A DNA stretch of 64,000 bases from Bdellovibrionales bacterium (GTDB lineage: Bacteria; Bdellovibrionota; Bdellovibrionia; Bdellovibrionales; JAGQZY01): assembly GCA_964230645.1 (NCBI GenBank), contig CAXRHT010000002.1:320001-384000 (forward strand), written 5' to 3'. Position 1 is the first letter of the stretch. Each line of letters begins with the position of its first letter. The position numbers and the translations under genes were made by a program. Below are positions 59,688-64,000 of this stretch, piece by piece. The notes under the pieces are model-generated. The model searched no databases. It was not told where the DNA came from and saw nothing but the letters and a program-made list of their open reading frames with translations.

Positions 59688-60314
59688 ATGAAATTAACAA
59701 ACCTTATAATTATGTGTTTTATGGGCTTTTTAATGGGCTCAAATCTTGCTCAGGGCGCTGAGAAATCAACCCAACCTAAAAAAACGACCCAAAACAAAAA
59801 GGAGTCCCCAGTGAAAGTTCTTATTAAAACCAACAAGGGATCCATCACACTTGAACTCAATCAAGAAAAAGCTCCCATCACCGTCAAAAATTTTCTTAAT
59901 TATGTCGACCGAAAATTTTATGACGACTTGGTTTTCCACCGTGTGATCGATGATTTTATGATCCAAGGGGGAGGCTTCGATAAAGACCTAAAGCTTCGCC
60001 CCACGGATGCTCCCATCAAAAATGAGGCTGCTAACGGCTTGAAAAATGACAAGGGAACCGTCGCCATGGCCAGGACCCCAGACCCCGACAGTGCCTCCTC
60101 CCAGTTTTTTATCAATCTCAAAGACAATGACTTCCTCAACTATAGCGGCCCCCTTCCCAGTCAAATGGGCTACGCGGTTTTCGGAAAAGTGGTAGATGGC
60201 ATGGATGTGGTCGAAAAAATTGGTAAAGTGCAGACGACTGCCTCGGGACAAATGAGAGATGTGCCGGCTGAGCCCGTTATTATCGAAAGCATCCGTAAGG
60301 TCGAAGAGTCTTAA
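59688..60314 (+). CDS. Cyclophilin-type peptidyl-prolyl isomerase, exported
   Basis: AP.TV.NF, FHRVI..FMIQGGG, GTVAMART, SQFFIN, YAVFGKV. Confidence 0.96.
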   Translation: MKLTNLIIMCFMGFLMGSNLAQGAEKSTQPKKTTQNKKESPVKVLIKTNKGSITLELNQEKAPITVKNFLNYVDRKFYDDLVFHRVIDDFMIQGGGFDKDLKLRPTDAPIKNEAANGLKNDKGTVAMARTPDPDSASSQFFINLKDNDFLNYSGPLPSQMGYAVFGKVVDGMDVVEKIGKVQTTASGQMRDVPAEPVIIESIRKVEES

Positions 60315-60338
60315 TTCATTTAAAGTCGGAATTTTCTC

Positions 60339-61064
60339 ATGTTCAGTGGTATTGAAGATCAAATTGCAGCCTGGTTCCTACAAATCGCCTACCAACCCTA
60401 TTTGGTATATGGCCTTGTCATTGGACTGATGTTTGCCTCAAGCTTTGGTCTTCCACTCCCTGAAGAGGTCACGATCATTAGTGCGAGCCTCACAGCCTTT
60501 ATGGCCACCCACCCTCTTCGTTACCCGCCACCTAGTGAGGGAGCTGTGGGAGTCAACCCTTACACCTTGGCCTGTATCTGCCTTTTTGCCGTTTTTGTGA
60601 GTGATTTCGTTATTTATTGGATTGGTTCGTTTTTTGGCTACAAACTGATGCGACATCCCCGCTGGAAAGATAAATTCCAAGGACGCTCATTTAAGACGGT
60701 GCAAAAATGGATTCAGAACTATGGAACTCTGGCTCCTTTTATTTTCCGCTTCACCCCTGGGCTACGCTTCCCGGGGCATATGATGTGTGGAGCCATTGGA
60801 CTTCCTCGTTGGAAGTTTGTCTTGGTGGTCGGTCTCGCGGCCCTTTTCACTGTACCAACACAAGTGATCTTAATTAGCATTTATGGAGAGGTGATCCTCA
60901 ATCTTCTGAGTAAAGTGAAGACGGTGATCGTAATTGGAGCCTCGGTGTTTTTTGTGGGCTACCTGATTTATAAGTGGAAGTTTGAAAAAGAAAAAATCGA
61001 AGAGGAAGTGGCAGAGCCGCATCCCCCTGGGAAAATTCCCAAAGAAAATCGGCCCGACCTTTAA
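60339..61064 (+). CDS. DedA family membrane protein
   Basis: GLPLPEE, SDF..Y..G, RFTPGLR. Confidence 0.92.
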   Translation: MFSGIEDQIAAWFLQIAYQPYLVYGLVIGLMFASSFGLPLPEEVTIISASLTAFMATHPLRYPPPSEGAVGVNPYTLACICLFAVFVSDFVIYWIGSFFGYKLMRHPRWKDKFQGRSFKTVQKWIQNYGTLAPFIFRFTPGLRFPGHMMCGAIGLPRWKFVLVVGLAALFTVPTQVILISIYGEVILNLLSKVKTVIVIGASVFFVGYLIYKWKFEKEKIEEEVAEPHPPGKIPKENRPDL

Positions 61065-61070
61065 AAAATT

Positions 61071-61508
61071 CTACTGGCAAATCACCTGGCTATTGCCCTC
61101 TTCCTGGCAAATTAAATAAGCTTCAATGGTATTGTTTTCCGTTAAACCTAAAATATCGGCGTCAAAAGCTTTTCCATCGGTTCTTGAAATCACGATTTTT
61201 TGAGTCTCAACTCGGGTCCAAGAAACAAAGTTGGCTTCTGGATTCTCCTCACAGCCTCCTTTATTTTCGTTAACAAGGCTGTTTGTTTCAGAAAAATTGT
61301 ACTCAACGTTTTCATCATTGCTAAGGTCGATTTGAGTGTCGACACTGCCCTGATCTCCCCAAACTCTCTTAGTCACAGTTAAAGTGTTTTGGATATGGCC
61401 GTTGGTGGTCTGAACGGTACCTTCAGCATTGCTGCAATAGACTTGGTAAAATGAAGCTTGAGCCTGAAGGCTTGCGAAAGAAAATAAAACAATTGTTAGT
61501 AATTTCAT
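61071..61508 (-). CDS. Secreted hypothetical protein
   Basis: AAGGAG RBS; signal ending AQA; four Cys. Confidence 0.85.
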   Translation of the reverse strand: MKLLTIVLFSFASLQAQASFYQVYCSNAEGTVQTTNGHIQNTLTVTKRVWGDQGSVDTQIDLSNDENVEYNFSETNSLVNENKGGCEENPEANFVSWTRVETQKIVISRTDGKAFDADILGLTENNTIEAYLICQEEGNSQVICQ

Positions 61509-61655
61509 AGGATTCTCCTTGGTTTTGCTTTGACCTCTACTAGCAACAATACAGAAGAAGGAAAGCCAATTTCAAGGAAACGTAATTTGTTCACCTTAGT
61601 TTGTTAGAATTTCGCGAATTTAAACAAAGGTAATTTGTTCACTTTAGAGCGAATC

Positions 61656-61827
61656 GTCATTCTGAGCGTAGCGAAGAATCTATCACCACTGACTTCACGT
61701 CATCATTCATAGTCCTCGGCAACAGATCCTTCGCTACGCTCAGGACGACATGGTGACATACAGATCCTTCGGCTACACTCAGGACGACATGGGGAAATAC
61801 AGATCCTACGGCTGCGCTCAGGATGAC
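61656..61827. repeat. REP cluster: one inverted pair plus two extra tandem copies
   Basis: GTCATTCTGAGCGTAGCGAAGAATCT (61656-61681) pairs with AGATCCTTCGCTACGCTCAGGACGAC (61724-61749); further copies at 61762 and 61801. Confidence 0.9.
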
Positions 61828-61842
61828 ATGGGGAAATAAGGA

Positions 61843-62964
61843 CTAAAAGTTAAAACCAGCACCCATTTGAGGGTCCATATTGAAATGAGAACTCCCTGTG
61901 ACTTGATTGGTGAATTGAAAATACACATAAAAAGGATCGTAACCGACCTCTAGACGCGGTAGCAGTTCCACTTCAACATTATTATAGCCTGACTCCACAT
62001 AGTAAGGTGTGAGCTTCTGAGGAGCCGTTCTTCGCTCTAAGGCAAACTGCTGGAAGTAGTAGTGCACTCTCACACCTAATCCAAAAGAAAAATCCAAAGA
62101 CAAAAGATCAAAGGGAATCTTTGGCATCAGTGTCAGATGAGCTGATTGAAAGTTCACCGAATTCTCACTGGGAGTCAGTTGATCGTAAGTCACAAAAGAC
62201 TGATCCGGGTTATGAGGGTTGAGTCGATATACGTAACTGAGCTCTTTTTGCATATAGCCCAATTGCCCTCTCAAACGCAGCCAAGAAGCGATCGGCATTT
62301 CTGCAAAAACGGAGACATCAAAACCACTTCCGCCGGAAACAGAATCGACAAAAGGACTATCGAAGGTGTCCTCGTTCACATCGACATTGTTTGGAGGAGT
62401 GGGTGTGATAAGGTTTTCAAATGGTTTCTTGGAAGTGGAGAGAAGATAGCCCCCCTCGATTCCAAAGCTCCAACCCTTCTTCTTGCCTTCCCCCTGTTCT
62501 GCGACCTTATTATCTTCTTTAGGACTAGGAAGCTCATCAGGAAGTGAGAGCTCCTCTTTTTCAACGAGTTTTTCTTTTTTCAAAGCGGGCTTTACACCCT
62601 CCGCAAGGCTTTCTTGATCGGGCTCTGAGGGAGCAGCGAGTTCACTCAAGGGATCTCCAGCAAGTGAGCAGAGGTCACCTTCTTCCAACCTCACGGTTTT
62701 TGCTAAAAGCCAAAAAGGCTGACCCTCTATTTTCGTCTTTATGGCCACTTGATTTTTACTGTAACCAAGAAAAGGAAAGATTTGGTTCTTAAAAACTTTC
62801 TTCTTTTTGCGGGTGATGGCCCTTAAGGCCACAGAGTCTTGCTTGAGGATCGCACAGTTTTCCAACTCGGCTCTGGCTCCTTCTGGAAAGATCAGGAGAA
62901 TGAAAAAGAAAACCCCCATGGCTTTGAGAAAACCACGGGGTATTTTATTCAATAAAAGAGACAT
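61843..62964 (-). CDS. Outer-membrane beta-barrel protein with N-terminal extension
   Basis: Signal peptide, charged linker, amphipathic strands, C-terminal GFNF. Confidence 0.75.
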   Translation of the reverse strand: MSLLLNKIPRGFLKAMGVFFFILLIFPEGARAELENCAILKQDSVALRAITRKKKKVFKNQIFPFLGYSKNQVAIKTKIEGQPFWLLAKTVRLEEGDLCSLAGDPLSELAAPSEPDQESLAEGVKPALKKEKLVEKEELSLPDELPSPKEDNKVAEQGEGKKKGWSFGIEGGYLLSTSKKPFENLITPTPPNNVDVNEDTFDSPFVDSVSGGSGFDVSVFAEMPIASWLRLRGQLGYMQKELSYVYRLNPHNPDQSFVTYDQLTPSENSVNFQSAHLTLMPKIPFDLLSLDFSFGLGVRVHYYFQQFALERRTAPQKLTPYYVESGYNNVEVELLPRLEVGYDPFYVYFQFTNQVTGSSHFNMDPQMGAGFNF

Positions 62965-62969
62965 GACAT

Positions 62970-63998
62970 TTAGTCGGTCACTGGATCGTAGCACTGTTGA
63001 ACATCTATGTTGGCAAAATCGGTCATACGGTGAAGCTGTCTAAAGAAAGGACTACCATGAGAGGCGTCTTTTCCGTAAAAAGGTTTCGCTTTTGAGGTTA
63101 ACTCATTGGCGTGCCCATAAGCAATGGGTTGATCTTGTAGCATCCAGTAGTCCTCAGTCAACTGAGTCGTTTTAGATGAAACATTTCGAGCCATAGCTTT
63201 GGAAGCCGAGTCTTGTTGACCTTTGTAGTAACGCATGGTCTTTTTCTCGTCCTCAGAAAGCTTGCGAGTTTTAGCCACATAAGCCGCACCCGACTCCTTA
63301 CAGAAGTTGGTGACTTTCTCTGTGCTGTAACCACTTAAGTAATGCATGATATTGGCATTTGGATTCGGGCTCTTCCACTCCCCTTGACCATCGGGCCCAT
63401 CCCAAAGTCGACAGGTAAAATGAAATCTCATACACTGCGGAAGTCCGTGAGTTTTACTATAAGGACGACCGTAACGAAGAGCCAGTCTTCCACGAAGCTT
63501 CGTATCAGGGATTCCAAAACGGTGAACCGTGTGACGAACTCGGTAACCACATCTTCTAAATTTACCAGCAGCCACGTCAGCCGCACTCTCGGCAATCGGA
63601 TGGTGGTTAGAATTCCACTTCCAATAAGGCATTAAACGCTCATGAGCCCCTCTGTATCTTGAGTAACTCAGGCGGTAGGCATAAAACTTCCCATCTTTAC
63701 TTGGCACCATCACAATATCATTATGAATCGGACATTGGGTTTTGGAGTCTTCAGGATAGCTAAAGCGTGAACCAATTCGGGCCACTTGGTTGCGACCGGT
63801 GACTTTGAAACCACACTGACCGCCACAGCTTCCTTCAATCTCAAGAGCCTTTACTCGCTTTAAGTAATCGTTCGAAGCCTTGTTGATTTCTTCGTGAGAG
63901 TAAACCACATTGAAACCTGCAATATCCGCTTTGAATTGCGAAGGGTCCTCGGGGAACTTTCCACGAACACGCAATCTGGTTTCTACATAACGGCGCTT
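62970..63998 (-). CDS. Hypothetical Cys-containing protein (partial, 5' end outside the window)
   Basis: The frame stays open to the right edge (KRRYVETRLRVRG...). Confidence 0.75.
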   Translation of the reverse strand, partial: KRRYVETRLRVRGKFPEDPSQFKADIAGFNVVYSHEEINKASNDYLKRVKALEIEGSCGGQCGFKVTGRNQVARIGSRFSYPEDSKTQCPIHNDIVMVPSKDGKFYAYRLSYSRYRGAHERLMPYWKWNSNHHPIAESAADVAAGKFRRCGYRVRHTVHRFGIPDTKLRGRLALRYGRPYSKTHGLPQCMRFHFTCRLWDGPDGQGEWKSPNPNANIMHYLSGYSTEKVTNFCKESGAAYVAKTRKLSEDEKKTMRYYKGQQDSASKAMARNVSSKTTQLTEDYWMLQDQPIAYGHANELTSKAKPFYGKDASHGSPFFRQLHRMTDFANIDVQQCYDPVTD

Positions 63999-64000
63999 AA

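Noticed and set aside
61724..61827. Repeats with short spacers as a mini-CRISPR
   Set aside because: The spacers are about 12 nt and nearly identical, and the repeat belongs to the dispersed REP-like family.

Overview
A gene-dense, AT-rich 64 kb chromosomal segment. It most likely comes from a predatory Bdellovibrionota bacterium; this is inferred from the many secreted orphan proteins, [FY]Q[NS]C lipoprotein signals, secreted nucleases and DUF1552/DUF1592 loci. Housekeeping genes include hmgA, cydAB, arfB, ftsK, fadE, FKBP and cyclophilin PPIases, an RsmB/F-type methylase, MscS, a NhaP-type antiporter, DedA, a desaturase and an aminotransferase. I found no rRNA, tRNA, CRISPR array, transposase or prophage. 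Most notable: (1) two unrelated exported proteins share the mature N-terminus QF[IV]PFS[FM]W, a candidate docking tag for interchangeable surface adhesins; (2) two DUF1552 + heme-c DUF1592 operons occur in opposite gene order; (3) an NADH-dehydrogenase-like/SelD fusion has lost its catalytic motifs; (4) a probably secreted minimal kinase lies next to a precursor-like protein with a cationic tail; (5) FtsK lacks its gamma domain; (6) a secreted 1039-aa/204-aa pair sits behind a sigma54-like promoter; (7) several non-coding repeats occur (a REP family at three loci, a 36-bp tandem array, heptamer repeats and a recurrent 15-bp palindrome). All family assignments come from motif recognition by eye, not database searches.
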